A program made the position numbers and the translations under genes. From positions 22,105 to 86,104 of the forward strand of contig NW_003314276.1 of assembly GCF_000143415.4 (NCBI RefSeq): 64,000 nucleotides of DNA, given 5' to 3'. The notes beneath the pieces were generated by a model that saw only the letters and a list, made by a program, of their open reading frames with translations, was not told where the DNA came from and did not search any database. Every line of letters begins with the position of its first letter. Positions within the stretch are counted from its first letter, which is position 1. The stretch comes from Selaginella moellendorffii (lineage: Eukaryota > Plantae > Lycopodiophyta). Shown piece after piece: positions 1 through 12,583 of the stretch.

Positions 1-900
1 CCACATAATCCAGAAAATATATAAATAGTCCCTTGGATACTTTTTCTGACAATGCACGTGCAGTTTCACCATAGCTGACTATACGAATCTCACTGCTTGC
101 AGAATCAGCCACATAAAAATTAAAGACCCAACCTGTGAGTTTTGTAGTGAATTGTCTAAGAGTGTCCTTGTGAGTGACTCTCGCCTTAAATGACCATTTA
201 TATGAACGGTTTGTAAGGCTTGCGATTGCAGTTTGAGCAATTAATGGCCGCTTTGACTCGTTCTCCTACATTTACAATAACAATTTTTAAAAAAAGAAAG
301 AAAATTTGTGAAATTGGTTCCAAAGAAGAAAGACTTACACTTGATACACTACTATGACGCTTAGATGCCTGCACCATTTTGTTTTAACAATGAAAAGAAA
401 AATTCAATGAGAAGATTTGCTGAAGTTGTTTTTGACATTTTACTCACTTTGCTTGATTTGGGTTGAATATTGTTAGTTGGAATTGGACTCCAGATATTGT
501 TATGAAGATACATTACATCCAAAACAGTTAAAGTCCTGTAGAAAAGTAAAACCATAGAATTGAAAATCACTATATAACCACATGCATACTCTTTTCCATT
601 GTTTGCATAAAATGCGTAGTCTGTGAATTTCAAGAACGTGTTTGGTCGTATGATTTCCATTCTCATGGCTTGCGTAATATGAGATGAAACTACAGCTTCG
701 ATGTTATCTATGCCATCAGTAACTATGATGTCCCCTACTTCAATCGCTCTAAAAAGTGTAGTGCCAAGGACTTGAAGGTAACATATAAATAGAAAACATA
801 TCAGCATTTGGAATTTGGAATTGGTGGTTGCCAACCCTGCCAAAACTAATGCGTTGATTCTCAAGGATTTTGCTCCTTCAATTCCTGACAAGAACATCAC
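1..900 (-). CDS. RPA70/RPA1-like ssDNA-binding protein, multi-exon, runs off the window start; probably Helitron-associated
   Basis: Splicing at GT-AG sites (exons about 778-589, 537-448, 368-339, 265-1) keeps one open frame. It gives an RPA70N-like OB fold ([30 protein letters not shown]) followed by a DBD-A-like segment ([48 protein letters not shown]). The start codon is uncertain. Confidence 0.75.
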
Positions 901-1646
901 TTGAAGGTTGCTGTGTTTAACGTTACATATGACAGACGTCGTTCCTATTTATACAACTCAAGCAAGCTGGGGAAGATTTGCAAAGCACAAAGGCAAAACA
1001 TGAAAACTTTTAGAAGCAGGTGTATTCTCTCTGTTGCTTTTGTTTATCATTCCACTTGTTGATTTCTACAGGAACACATGGTTAGAGGAAGCTTCTTCTG
1101 AGATCGAAGCTGCTGTTAGGAATAGTTTGGACAAGGTTTAACTCAACTTATTTTGATGCATGCTAAGTGGCTCCAATGTGGAAGTGTAGGCATAGGCCTG
1201 TGAACTTAATTCCATTCATTAAATCCAGCTCTGAAATGTCCTATCTATCCCAGCGGAGTTGGATGTCACTCTATGCCCATATTCATCTTTGACACAGAAA
1301 TCATTCACTTGGATTACTTTTGTTCTTTTTAAAAAAAAACTAAGGATTTGAGATTGTTTTGGACAGAGTCTAAACCGTGCCATTGTTTTTTGTTGTATAA
1401 GAGATCATATTAAAGCATATGGTCATGTTAGAGGATGTATGAGATCTTGCAGCAGAACTGAACTTTGAAGTATTAATGGTAGGTACATGCTCTATAGGCA
1501 CAATAGCATTCACAAGTTGCCTATCCTCATAGCGCTCTTCAAAAGTACAACAAGGATCACAGAAAGTTAATGCATGTTCTAGATGAATTACATCTTGAAT
1601 CTCTATCAGATCCTCATCACTATCAAGCTTCAAAAAAGCTAATCAG

Positions 1647-2495
1647 CTCACTACCCTGGCCTGAATTACCCTAATGCCTGGCTAGATAAAGAAGATATAT
1701 CTTAGCCCACATATCAATGTAGAGTTCAAATGGCCAGTCCTGCATGTAGAGCTTCTGCATTGGAAACAATTTTCCAAAGATATTTGTCATCACAACATCT
1801 GCTTTCCATTGAAAAAAAATGCAAAAGAGAAGAACATGATAATGCGTTGAGAGAAAAAATACAAGAAACAATCTTGTGTTTATTTCAGTTAGATTCAGTG
1901 TTTGTTTCAGAGTTCAAGTAAAAAAGGTTAATCACGAAAAGAATAGCAGATTGTATAATCTATGATGTTGAAGTGTTCGGAGTACATCCACACTTTCATA
2001 CTTCGCATTTATACATTTTTATAAGTACTTAAATTTATTTTCTAATATAATACCTGCAGTCAAAAAAGTTATATGTGTATNNNNNNNNNNNNNNNNNNNN
2101 NNNNNNNNNNNNNNNNNNNNNNNNNNNNNNNNNNNNNNNNNNNNNNNNNNNNNNNNNNNNNNNNNNNNNNNNNNNNNNNNNNNNNNNNNNNNNNNNNNNN
2201 NNNNNNNNNNNNNNNNNNNNNNNNNNNNNNNNNNNNNNNNNNNNNNNNNNNNNNNNNNNNNNNNNNNNNNNNNNTGATTTTTCTAGAACATTTGCTTGTG
2301 CTTCATCAGCATTTCACTTGACAAGTTCTTGTCAACTCATCCATGATGTTTTGCATTTTATCTAACACTTATTTTGCTTTTACTTTTAATTGTTGCCTAC
2401 TTGACGGTTTTTTTGCATGGTTGGTTGTGTAGAATTTATTGTCTTTATCCATCTTTCTCTTGCCACTTTTTATGCTTAGAAACTTAATACATACA
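1647..2495. repeat. Segmental duplicate, copy 1 (copy 2 at 7387-8253)
   Basis: Near-identical sequence; the same short ORFs appear at 1671/7411 and 1730/7470. Confidence 0.95.
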
Positions 2496-2520
2496 CTAGC
2501 AGGGATCCCAGCTCCGCTGG
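2496..2520 (-). mobile_element. Helitron 3' terminus (hairpin + CTAG, inserted in A|T)
   Basis: CTAG at 2496-2499 and a CCAGC-tcc-GCTGG hairpin at 2508-2520. The paralogous copy shows the empty site ...ATACA|TAGG at 8253/8254. Confidence 0.85.
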
Positions 2521-4424
2521 AAAAAAGTAAAGAATGTTTTCAATATGAAAAAATGCAATCATACATACTTTGGGTTAGAACAACACATTTAAAAAAAATA
2601 AAATAAAAGAACAATGACTTATGATGTTCGTCACTGCACAGAAACTTTGCAGGTGCAAAATGCAGCTTCAGCACTTGCATCCACTCTAGCCGTGTCAAAG
2701 AGGGGAAGAAATTATTGGCAAAGATCTTGGGATTATCCTTTTCTAAGTTTGGTAGTTGACAATTTGTCAAAAAAGAATGGGAGAGTCTCTCTTTGCATTC
2801 TCCCCACCACCAGTAAGTCTTTTAGCAATTCAATGAGCTCTTCATTAGTCTTTGCAACTAAGTTGATTAAGAATACCTTCAAAACCAAGAGAAAGAGTAT
2901 ACATCTATAAGTTCAATTACCAGATTCTGGCAACCAGCTCTGGACTCTCAAGAATCTAGAAAAAAAAAAACTTCACTTACTTCTGTTGTCACTACTCCTG
3001 TAAAGGGTCATAGTCTAAACTCCAATCATGAAATTAAGAAGTTCTTTGATGCAACTTTTCTGATCAGAAAACATTAGAAGAGGATTGTTATGGCCCAAGT
3101 GTTGTCGAAGTTGGGTGGCTCAGAAAGGTTGCACAAGTCACTTAGTTCCGGAGGTAGATCNNNNNNNNNNNNNNNNNNNNNNNNNNNNNNNNNNNNNNNN
3201 NNNNNNNNNNNNNNNNNNNNNNNNNNNNNNNNNNNNNNNNNNNNNNNNNNNNNNNNNNNNGTACAACTGGAGAAATTTGCTAGAGATGCTCATCTTATAC
3301 ATATTATATGTTATGTAAATCTGTCTATTCTTTAATTCTTTTAAAGGCATTTCGTTCGTTCTCACTCATCACGTACTATTGATGATGGAAGTGAGGCATG
3401 GGAGGCCACTATGTGTAGCTCCAAGACATGTGTCATACTAACCTTCCCTAAGTTGCATGAGTAGTTGATGTTTCACATATATCTTAGTATTATCTGGCGC
3501 ACTGAAACAAAGTGGCATTGACAATGAGGTAGCCAATGAACTTACATGTGACTTAAGTTGTGTAGACCGGGAAAAAATGGTGAAAGAAATCTATCCAAGA
3601 GCTTTTAACTCACGATCCAATCTTAACAGCAATCCAGGTGGCTTGAAGTACTTGTTTGTTGTGATCACAACTTTCTCAAGCAGAGAATTTGAATTATCTG
3701 AGAAGAATCTGAGTAGTCATCTGGCTTGATGGGACAACACATTTGCAGTTGAAAATAACAGGAACAAATGTGATGAATTTAACTATGTTCTATGCCTCGT
3801 AGATCTTATTAGTGAAGCCCTCTAAAGCAAGGCCAAGGCCTATTCTCTGTGTTGTATTTATCCTGAAATCCTGACATAAGAACAAAGTCAGATTCCAAAA
3901 ACTTTTACTGAGTTTGACACGGCAGCATTGTTTTCTACACGCCTGGGAGTGACCCTCTCCTTCTCTAAGCCACACATCCACCAGGCTCCCACACAACTTA
4001 AGCACCGTGGAGAGGCTTATGGCAAAACCATCACAAACAAACAACTCCAGAACCACCTCCTTGCCAATCCCAGCATCAGTGACATCTATGACACAGCACT
4101 GTGGCAAGCCATCTTGTCAAAGCTGGCTGAGAATCCACCAAGTTTCCACATTTCATGTACATGCCCTGTTTATAAATTTTTCTTATACTATATACCATTG
4201 GATGCATTAGAATCAATTTTGGCTTGTTGGAAATTGTCTTTACGAATGTTAACAGTTAGAATGAACACTACATTACTGAAATCAATGCCATGAACCACTA
4301 AAATAGTGACTCGTCTTTTAAATCTGCTATGTAAACCTGTGAAAAAAAAACTAAAGAAACTACCTGATGCAAACACAGAGTGCAGCTTGTTTTGTATCAG
4401 CTTAAGTTCTTATTCCTCATCATA

Positions 4425-6127
4425 CCACGGGTCTGCTGCTCACACCACTCTGATAACCGAGCCCAGTGATCGATCTCTCCAAGAACATCCTCTTGTTAAA
4501 TCCATCAAACTCGCAGTTTCCACCTGTGAGTAGAATCATCCCATCCATAACTCGGCTGACGAGTTAGTTTGGCACTCTCCTCATGGCAATGGATGCCATT
4601 TCTCCCACTTCTGCCTGATCTACAGGCTGGAAGAATATCTCTGAATCGTTCCACACCAAGTACTATTTGGTAGTCCTTCTCAGTAAGAGGCCGTTGTATT
4701 ACAAACTCTGGCACTATTTCCTGCAGTCCGGGTGGTGGCGCTGAAGTATATGAAAGATCAATTTCCTGGAAGTAAAGCAGTTAGAAAGGGAAAAGAAAAG
4801 TAGTGACGAAAGTGATATACCTTGAGTTTCGAGGTTAGACGACTGAGTTCTGCTTCATCTTCATCTACATCTTCTTCTACTTGTTCTTTGTAGTCTCTGT
4901 CCATTTGCTTGTACATATGCCAGTCCTCATCATTCATGCCAAAAGTATCTTCGTCCAAAGGTTGCTTGCATTAAGAGTTTCATTTGTTCTCTCTACACGG
5001 CATTCAGCCTTTCACTTTTGACCGTGAGTCTGCAACTACAGTACCATGGCCGTTGGTTGTGCAAACTTTCTGCTGTTTTCTTTGGTCTACCTTTGTTGAA
5101 ACTTCACAATGCCTGGCCTTCAACTCCTCTAGATACTTCTCCAGGTTTTCCTATGATGAGAAAGAGTTGTAAATATTTAGAAAGAAAAAGATGTAAAAGA
5201 TGTACAAGCGATACTCTTCTTCCATTTGTTGCTTGTGCTCTCTCTGCAGGGACTCTTCTTAACATCTTTGCCTTGCTCGAATGTGTCTATCAAGTGCACG
5301 ATCCCGATTTTTTGGGTTTTCTGCCAGTGGTGCTGTTGTTTTTAAAAAAATCTTTGCTTTCTTTTTCGCTTCAATTGCCAATGCCAAGCACACAACAGCT
5401 GACAAAAAGAAAATTTGATATACACAACTGTTCCTTGAATAAAAGGCTTTCTGCATTTTCGAGCAGAGGGTACTTTTGTGATGCTAGAATGTCACTATCT
5501 TTTAACACCTTAATGCTTTCTCCGTTAGCTTTACATATACTACTTCAATCAGTCTAGATCCCGAAAAAGGTTCTTCAAGTATTCCGCCTCATTTTCTAAA
5601 TCAATAAGCTTTGAGGATAGTTTTGCTGCTGCCATTTCTTGAAGCCGCTATCACTGCTTTTCTCTCAAAGCTGCCAGTTCATCCTCCCCAGGCTGCTCTT
5701 TTTCAGGTGGCAGTATCCATGGCACCTACCACCATCTCGTTTTCACTAATGCCTAGGGAGATTATAACTGATGAAATAAATTGCTACAACATTGACACAC
5801 CGAACTGCTTACCTAAAATAGTTTTAGCTCTGCAGTATAGTCGACTGTAATGCAGCTATTCTCTGTTTTTCAAAAACCACATGTGGTAGTTATGCTATAT
5901 TCAATCAAATTGCTATGGACTTACAGATATTGAAGGCACAAAAAGCACTTTAGATAATCAGAGACATGAAAGCCTCCTACCGATTTTCTGCAGCATACTT
6001 CCATAATAGGCTCCTTAATAGATATCTGACACAATACGAGTTTTGAACTTACAACAAAAGCAAAAACTAACAGAGAAACCATCAGTGTATTGGTATAATA
6101 TGAGTTGTAGCAAACAAGTATACCATC
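4425..6127 (-). pseudogene. ARP5: Actin-related protein 5 (INO80 subunit) pseudogene, 5'-truncated, intron-containing
   Basis: Motifs DGILVC..TTHIIP, VGGFHVSDYLKCFLCLQY, PWILPP..LREKQ**RLQEMAAAK, EDTFGMNDEDWHMYKQM..EAELSRLTSKL, RPLTEKDYQIVLGVERFR and ILLTGG..VIRVV*AADP resemble plant ARP5. There are multiple stops, deletions and frameshifts. Confidence 0.88.
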
Positions 6128-6161
6128 AGAATTGCACGTGTGTGTGCATGCATGTGCGTGC

Positions 6162-6165
<4 letters not shown>

Positions 6166-6229
<64 letters not shown>
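6166..6229. repeat. (AG)n microsatellite; a second copy at 6559-6585 is followed by the same ~50 bp flank
   Basis: Seen directly. GCACGCACCTGTCCAG...CAATCCATAAGGGTGC follows both arrays. Confidence 0.97.
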
Positions 6230-6230
<1 letters not shown>

Positions 6231-6796
6231 ACGCACCTGTCCAGTCGATTACAGTGTCAATCCATAAGGGTGCGAGAACTGGATTGCTGGCCGCGATGGC
6301 GGCAAAATCCAGCACCGCCGGCTTGATCCCTGCGATCCAATATTTGGACTGGATCCCGATCCGTAGGAGATGGCATCAAGGGAATCCCTCACAGAGCTGG
6401 ATAGCTGGAAGCTTGTGACGTCCTCACTGCAGCAATCATGGCAGGGGAGCGCCACCATCGCCAGCCACCTGTGTGCCGACGCCAGGTTCTTGTGGCACCA
6501 GGATCTCTTTTGGTGCGTTGCTCATCACCATCCCCAGTGCCATGGAAGATTGATAGGGGAGAGAGAGAGAGAGAGAGAGAGAGAGCACGCACCTGTCCAG
6601 CTGGTTACAGTGTCAATCCATAAGGGTGCAAGAATTGATCATGTCCACAATCAGTACAAATATGAAACCCTCAGATACAAAGAGCCATAATAACTGTTTT
6701 TAAGAAAGTATTACATCTAAACCATTGATTTGACAAATCGAAGGGTAAGAGAATATCTGTCCCCCGATGCCAATAGCACTTTTAAATAAAGAAGTA

Positions 6797-6823
6797 CTAG
6801 CAAAAGTCCCAGCTACGCTGGGA
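6797..6823 (-). mobile_element. Helitron 3' terminus (hairpin + CTAG)
   Basis: A|CTAG at 6796-6800 and a perfect 7-bp stem TCCCAGC-tac-GCTGGGA at 6807-6823; same family as the end at 2496. Confidence 0.85.
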
Positions 6824-7386
6824 GCATCGTGTTTATTCCTGATGTTTTAGTAATTTCAAAGAGTTGTAATTGTAATTGTAATTTTTAACATAATCATTAT
6901 TATAGCATACATAATTTAACATAATATAATATTTATATTGAAAGTCCCTTTTACATAATTTATGCTTAATATATAAATTATTGTTATATTATAACATGCT
7001 ATATTATAATGTATATATAATTTTTGTTTTTTTAGTATCATGATTTTTATGATATTAAAATATTATAGAATAAGTTATTAATATCTTAAATCATAATTTA
7101 TAGTATAATTTGTGTAACCAGAAGCCCATGCATGCATTGTCATAAAGTGTGGAAATACAATAGATTTCCTATTCCATCTACATGATCAACAAGAAATAGA
7201 TGTGACTCACTCTTATTGTCTAATGCTAGCTTCCANNNNNNNNNNNNNNNNNNNNNNNNNNNNNNNNNNNNNNNNNNNNNNNNNNNNNNNNNNNNNNNNN
7301 NNNNNNNNNNNNNNNNNNNNNNNNNNNNNNNNNNNNNNNNNNNNNNNNNNNNNNNNNNNNNNNNNNNNNNNNNNNNNNNNNNNNNN

Positions 7387-8253
7387 CTCACTACCCTGGC
7401 CTGAATTACCCTAATGCCTGGCTAGATAAAGAAGATATATCTTAGCCCACATATCAATGTAGAGTTCAAATGGCCAGTCCCGCATGTAGAGCTTCTGCAT
7501 TGGAAACAATTTTCCAAAGATATTTGTCATCACAATGTTTGCTTTCCATTGAAAAAAAATGCGAAGGAGAAGAACATGATAATGCGTTGAGAGAAAAAAT
7601 ACAAGAAACAACCTTGTATTTCTTTCAGTTAGATTCAGTGTTTGTTTCAGAGTTCAAGTAAAAAAGGTTTCTCACGAAAAGAATAGCAGATTGTATAATT
7701 TATGATGTTGAAGTGTTCAGAGTACATCCACACTTTCATACTTCGCATTTATACATTTTTATAAGTAACTAAAATTTATTTTCTAATATAATACCTGCAG
7801 TCAAAAAAGTTATATGTGTATTAATACTAAATTATAATAGTGCATTAGCATTTGCATCAATAGGTGCAAACATTGAAGAGGTTGCAGTAGGTGACCCTTA
7901 TTATTTTAAAATACATGGACAAGTTTATCATAATATTGGTTTATTCACAGTTATATATTTTAGATACTGCTCAAGTAACAGAAATAAGTATGGTAAATAA
8001 GTATTGAAATAATAAATCAGTGATATGATTTGTGATTTTTTGAGAACATTTGCTTTTGCTTCATCAGCATTTCACTTGACAAGTTCTTGTCAACTCATCC
8101 ATGATGTTTTGCATTTTATCTAACACTTATTTTGCTTTTACTTTTGATTGTTGCCTACTTGACGGTTTGTTTGCATGGTTGGTTGTGTAGAATTTATTGT
8201 CTTTATCCATCTTCCTCTTGCCACTTTTTATGCTTAGAAACTTAATACATACA
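7387..8253. repeat. Segmental duplicate, copy 2 of 1647-2495
   Basis: Near-identical sequence; this copy lacks the Helitron insertion. Confidence 0.95.
7830..7985 (+). mobile_element. Helitron Rep/helicase N-terminal fragment
   Basis: Translates NYNSALAFASIGANIEEVAVGDPYYFKIHGQVYHNIG..QLYILDT, the typical Helitron YN..AF.S.G..F..HGQ.YH..QLY..D motif. Confidence 0.85.
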
Positions 8254-11179
8254 TAGGTAAACTTCATGTTTATGTTAAGCATTAGTCCTTAATTCTTACC
8301 ATCACATCTCACCATTGTGGAGTTATCATTCTCCATCTCTTCAAAAATTTGGAGAGGTATTTTTTGAATCAACCTAACTTCTTTTGAGCCATCCATCAAA
8401 ACTCTTATTCAGTTTCTATATAATAGTTGTGCTAACAGTGCATATACACGTGACTTAGATAGAAAATAAAGAGATAGTTTGAATTCAAGTCTCGGCAATA
8501 ATGAAGCTCCTACAAAGCACAGAACTCATATGCTCACGCTTCACACACTTAAGCATATCCATTGCCACCTTTTGATCATCTCTCCAAGTCCTCGTGAACT
8601 TTACAGGCACTAAGCAGTCACTAAGAAGTGAATGACATTCTCTTGATGAACCTATCTGCATCTTGTATTAGTTTAGTTCTCTTGAGAAAGTCTCCCACAG
8701 TACGTGCTCGTGTGATAAGTCCACATTATCCACATTCTCATTATCATCAGGGTCATACAAGAGTGGAAGTGCCTGGAAATTTAGAAGCAGAGAAAACATT
8801 GTTCAAGTTATTACTTTCTGATCATTCCCAGAGGAAATAAGTGAAGAGTTAGGCAGCACACTGAGTACAAGAGTCACCAAATCTGTGATCCATACACCAC
8901 AAATAGTTGAGAACCGTATGGAACTGTTTGTAGGACTTTCCCAGAGGCTCATTATGCGAAGCCAATGTTGTTGTTGTCCTTGTGTTCTCCACCACATCAT
9001 GTGAAGGAAAGACATAGACAAATAGGGATCATCATAACAATCTGCTCGAGGCTACCCCACCATGTGGAGATGATTCCAGTGGAGTGGTTCCATAAAGCTT
9101 CTCGATCTAGGCCCCAAGAACATGTTATATTGAAATCCCTAGCAATGGCACTACCACAGAGAATGCTACCGTCCCAACTCCATGCTCAAGCCCTGGAAGA
9201 ATGCGTGAAGCCCTATCTTCCGGCCTGCTATGAGAGTTCTAAACAGCACGGGAGGGATTTTTTTTGGTGGGTTCCTCTTCGCAGTGAATGGATTCTCTTT
9301 AGTGAGTGTGCAGTTCCATCTGCTGATATCAGTAGCACTAAAGAGGAGGAAAATTCTGTATTGGGACAGCGAGCATAACTGCGAGTGTGCGCTCATATTT
9401 ACATGATTCTGAGTCTGCGCAAGCGTGGAATTTAAGTAAGCTTTTGCAAAAGTGACCGTGAGTGATATGGTGTAAGCTTTGTATTGCTTACTTGTTGCTT
9501 AGTGCTTCAACAGGAATACCAGAGGAGAAGAGACATCTTGTGACAGGCCAACTCTAGGCTCCATGGTTCATGTGGAGTACACAGCCTGATTATGTAGAGG
9601 AGCTGTTGATATAAATGTAGAGAAGCAAGGTGACTTTGAGCTTGAACTGAGCAGTGGGCTTGTACTTGGCCTTCTTGACACATATGTTACTGTTATGTGT
9701 GTTGGTCAGAGTGCTCACTTAGAGCAAAGAGGGAAAGACATTTGCTATTTTTTGTAGCCAGTCAAGGGTAGGAGACACCTTATATATAATGTAGTATTGA
9801 ACATAAATACAATTGAATCTGGCACCACTTCACTTCATGTGATGCTAATAGTAATTGGATTTGTACAGCACCGTGTCCCTGTAGAGAAACGCATGGTCAT
9901 CATTACCACTTCTAGGGCTGCTGCTCTGGATCACTACCACCACGTTGAAGCTCACCTTGCCACTCAGAAATGGCTCCAAAGTGATAGAGAAAACCAGGAC
10001 CTCATCAATCTCTGCTGCTCGTGGGTGATGACGGACCCTGTAAGATCTTCATCCCTGTCCCTTGTGAGATCTTCGTCCCTGTCCCTCGCACTGCCCTTCT
10101 CACCTGGCCGCTACGTACATGTGACTGATCCCAAACTGGTGGAGGATTCTCATGGCCTTGAGATCTTCTCACTGGTGATGCTGCTGCTGCTAATGCTGTG
10201 ATTCCGACTCCAAATCTCCTCTCTCTCTCCAGCCACTGCTGTCGTTGATCAGATAGCGATATGTAGTGGTGCTTAAATTTTGTATCCTGGATCCACATGA
10301 GAATGACGTGATAGCAAAGAGCAAGACTTACCTGTAGCATTAAGTCGACTCTACCATTGGGACTTCTAGATAGCCTTTCTGTCACCATACTGCCGTAAAA
10401 AGCTGTGACAAAACCATACCCCAACCGAAGAACTTCCTCTAGCTTTGATAGCAAAACTTACAAAGCACTATGTTTACCTGTATCCCAAGATATTCACTGA
10501 CTTTCTCCAAAAAGAATAGATATCAGAGGTTCCACTCTGTAATCAAGACGAAAGGATAAATGTAAACACTGCTAACACAGCAGTATATTGATACCTGTAA
10601 GCGACAGGATCATATGGGTGAAATATGTTCATCATTTGCCTGCATGCTGGCTTTTTTTCTTCAATGCCTTCATCTTCCCAGTACTCATGACCTGTTCTTT
10701 TGCAAACACATTCAACTTACGTTGCAAAGACTGTAAATCACATACATACCCATTTCCAAAGCATTCATTGTGGAGACTCAGAAACAGTGACAACTGCAAA
10801 AAATGCGAGAAAGAAACTTATCAACAGTGAAGAAACAAGGAGCTCGCTCTCCTTGTTTCGTTCCTAATGCTACAAAGTGACACGAGAGAGAGTTAGACAT
10901 GAAACCCTCAGATATGAACAGCCATAACCGTTATAAGAGAGTATTCCATCATGTCCTCCAAGCCAGTTTTTTTGCGCTTGACTGCCAACACTTCCTCAAG
11001 AGAACTTGTCATAAACTGAAGAGCACCATGTATGGCTGTCCCGTATGACTATCCATGTAGAGACTACAGGGTTTATAGCGCTGCAAAATAGAAATCCCTC
11101 TCAATGCATTAAAAATGCAAAACTGAAGAACAAGGAAGCGAACCATGGACGAAAATTTCTATTTTTTCTCTTGGTTCCG

Positions 11180-11365
11180 GCCTCGAGCACCTGGAACAAA
11201 CAGGAACTTTAAGCCTTGAAAGAGAATAGCGAAGAGCAAGAGAGTGAAAAACCTTGATTCTAGTCGTGATTCCAGCCTCGAGAACCTGGAACAAACAGGG
11301 ACTTGAGAGACTCGAAAAAAGAATAGCGACGGAGCAAGAGAGTGAAGAACCTTGATTCTAGTCGT
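11180..11365. repeat. ~95-bp tandem duplication
   Basis: CCTCGAG.ACCTGGAACAAACAGG...AACCTTGATTCTAGTCGT occurs twice in tandem. Confidence 0.85.
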
Positions 11366-11429
11366 TGATGACAACGTGAATCCCCTCGTTGTCCGAGACG
11401 TCGTCCCTGTCGTGAGCTCCATCCACCAT

Positions 11430-12171
11430 AGCCTCTTCGCCTTTCACTCCCAATCCTCGTCGCATTGAGCACGTCAATCTGCCGAATGCACCTGCGCAGG
11501 TGGATGCCGGCGGATTTGTTCCCTGCGTAAGTCTGGAAGGCGTCGAGCCTGTTCTTGCTGATCATCAAGCACAACTATGGTGACACAGAGAAAGCCGTGA
11601 GCCTCTCAAACCTTTGCAAACGGAGAAACAAACACAACCTCATTGTAATAGGCTGGGACTTTCAGCTGCTTAGGATCGTTATCCAGTGCCCTTCCCAGGA
11701 CTTCTTCTGGAGCTGTCCAAAAACGAACGCGTTAGAGTTTTTTCTAGTGTCTAAATCGAAGGAACTCACTCAAAGGTGTTGGATAAGGAACAAATGTAGG
11801 TTGCAGCTTTTGGTAGGAGGTTTTTGGTCCCTCGCCAGGCTCGACACCGCCGTTGCTGCGATTGGCCGGAATATCTTGGTCATCCTGGAACATCTCAAGT
11901 TAGAATCGCAGGGACGACGATAGGGGGGTCAAGACTCTTTTACCAGATGATATTCTGCGTTGAGTACTTTTTCCATAAGTGCGACTCGTTTCTTCACGAA
12001 CTCAATAATTCTCCTGTTGAAGAATGCTTCGGCGTCAGTTAAATGATTGTCATTTCCTGGCGCGTGGCCATTAACCATGGTTTCCTGAGCTTTTGAACTC
12101 AAGAATGAACCAACCAGTGGCAGCTTCAGTTCTTCACGTACAGCTGACTGTAGCCTTCTAAATCGTTCCAT
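11430..12171 (-). pseudogene. PKL: PICKLE/CHD3 chromatin remodeller, C-terminal fragment with 3 introns
   Basis: LQSAVREELKLP..RRIIEFVKKRVALMEKVLNAEY resembles the PKL C-terminus. Removing GT-AG introns 11943-11885, 11769-11713 and 11638-11575 continues in frame to PLTPEEVLGRALDNDP..YYNELCLMISKNRLDAFQTYAGNK. No ATPase or chromodomain exons are seen upstream. Confidence 0.82.
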
Positions 12172-12248
12172 GGTTCTTTGAATGGTCCACCAGGAAAGTA
12201 TGATCCAAAATCAACTACTGAGGTGCTCTGCAATGAAGACCTCATCAA

Positions 12249-12278
12249 ACACACACACACACACACACACACAGACAG

Positions 12279-12340
<62 letters not shown>
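12249..12340. repeat. Compound (AC)n/(AG)n microsatellite
   Basis: Seen directly. Confidence 0.97.
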
Positions 12341-12343
<3 letters not shown>

Positions 12344-12529
12344 CTTCCCACTAGCGATGATTGACCCTCTCTCTTCGTGGTCATGTAAAAGACATTTGAC
12401 ATTTTTTATGTCCCAAAAGTCACGACTTTACATTGTTTAATCTCAGCCGTTAGATTTTAGGATATGCCTAGAATAAGTGTCTCTAGTATATGCTATTATT
12501 ATATTGGCTCTTTCATTTAAATATATGAG

Positions 12530-12583
12530 TATGATGATGATGATGATAACAACTTTAATGATGATGATGATGATTATGATGAT
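12530..12583. repeat. Imperfect (ATG)n microsatellite
   Basis: Seen directly. Confidence 0.85.

Noticed and set aside
2073-3365. ORFs containing X runs (also 7140-7414, 20610-20846)
   Set aside because: Created by assembly gaps.
6043-6690. ER-repeat and SL-repeat ORFs (also 12182-12402)
   Set aside because: Translations of (AG)n microsatellites.
8975-9010. HDVVENT on the minus strand resembling an HD-domain motif
   Set aside because: Too short; the surrounding frames are broken and give no further support.
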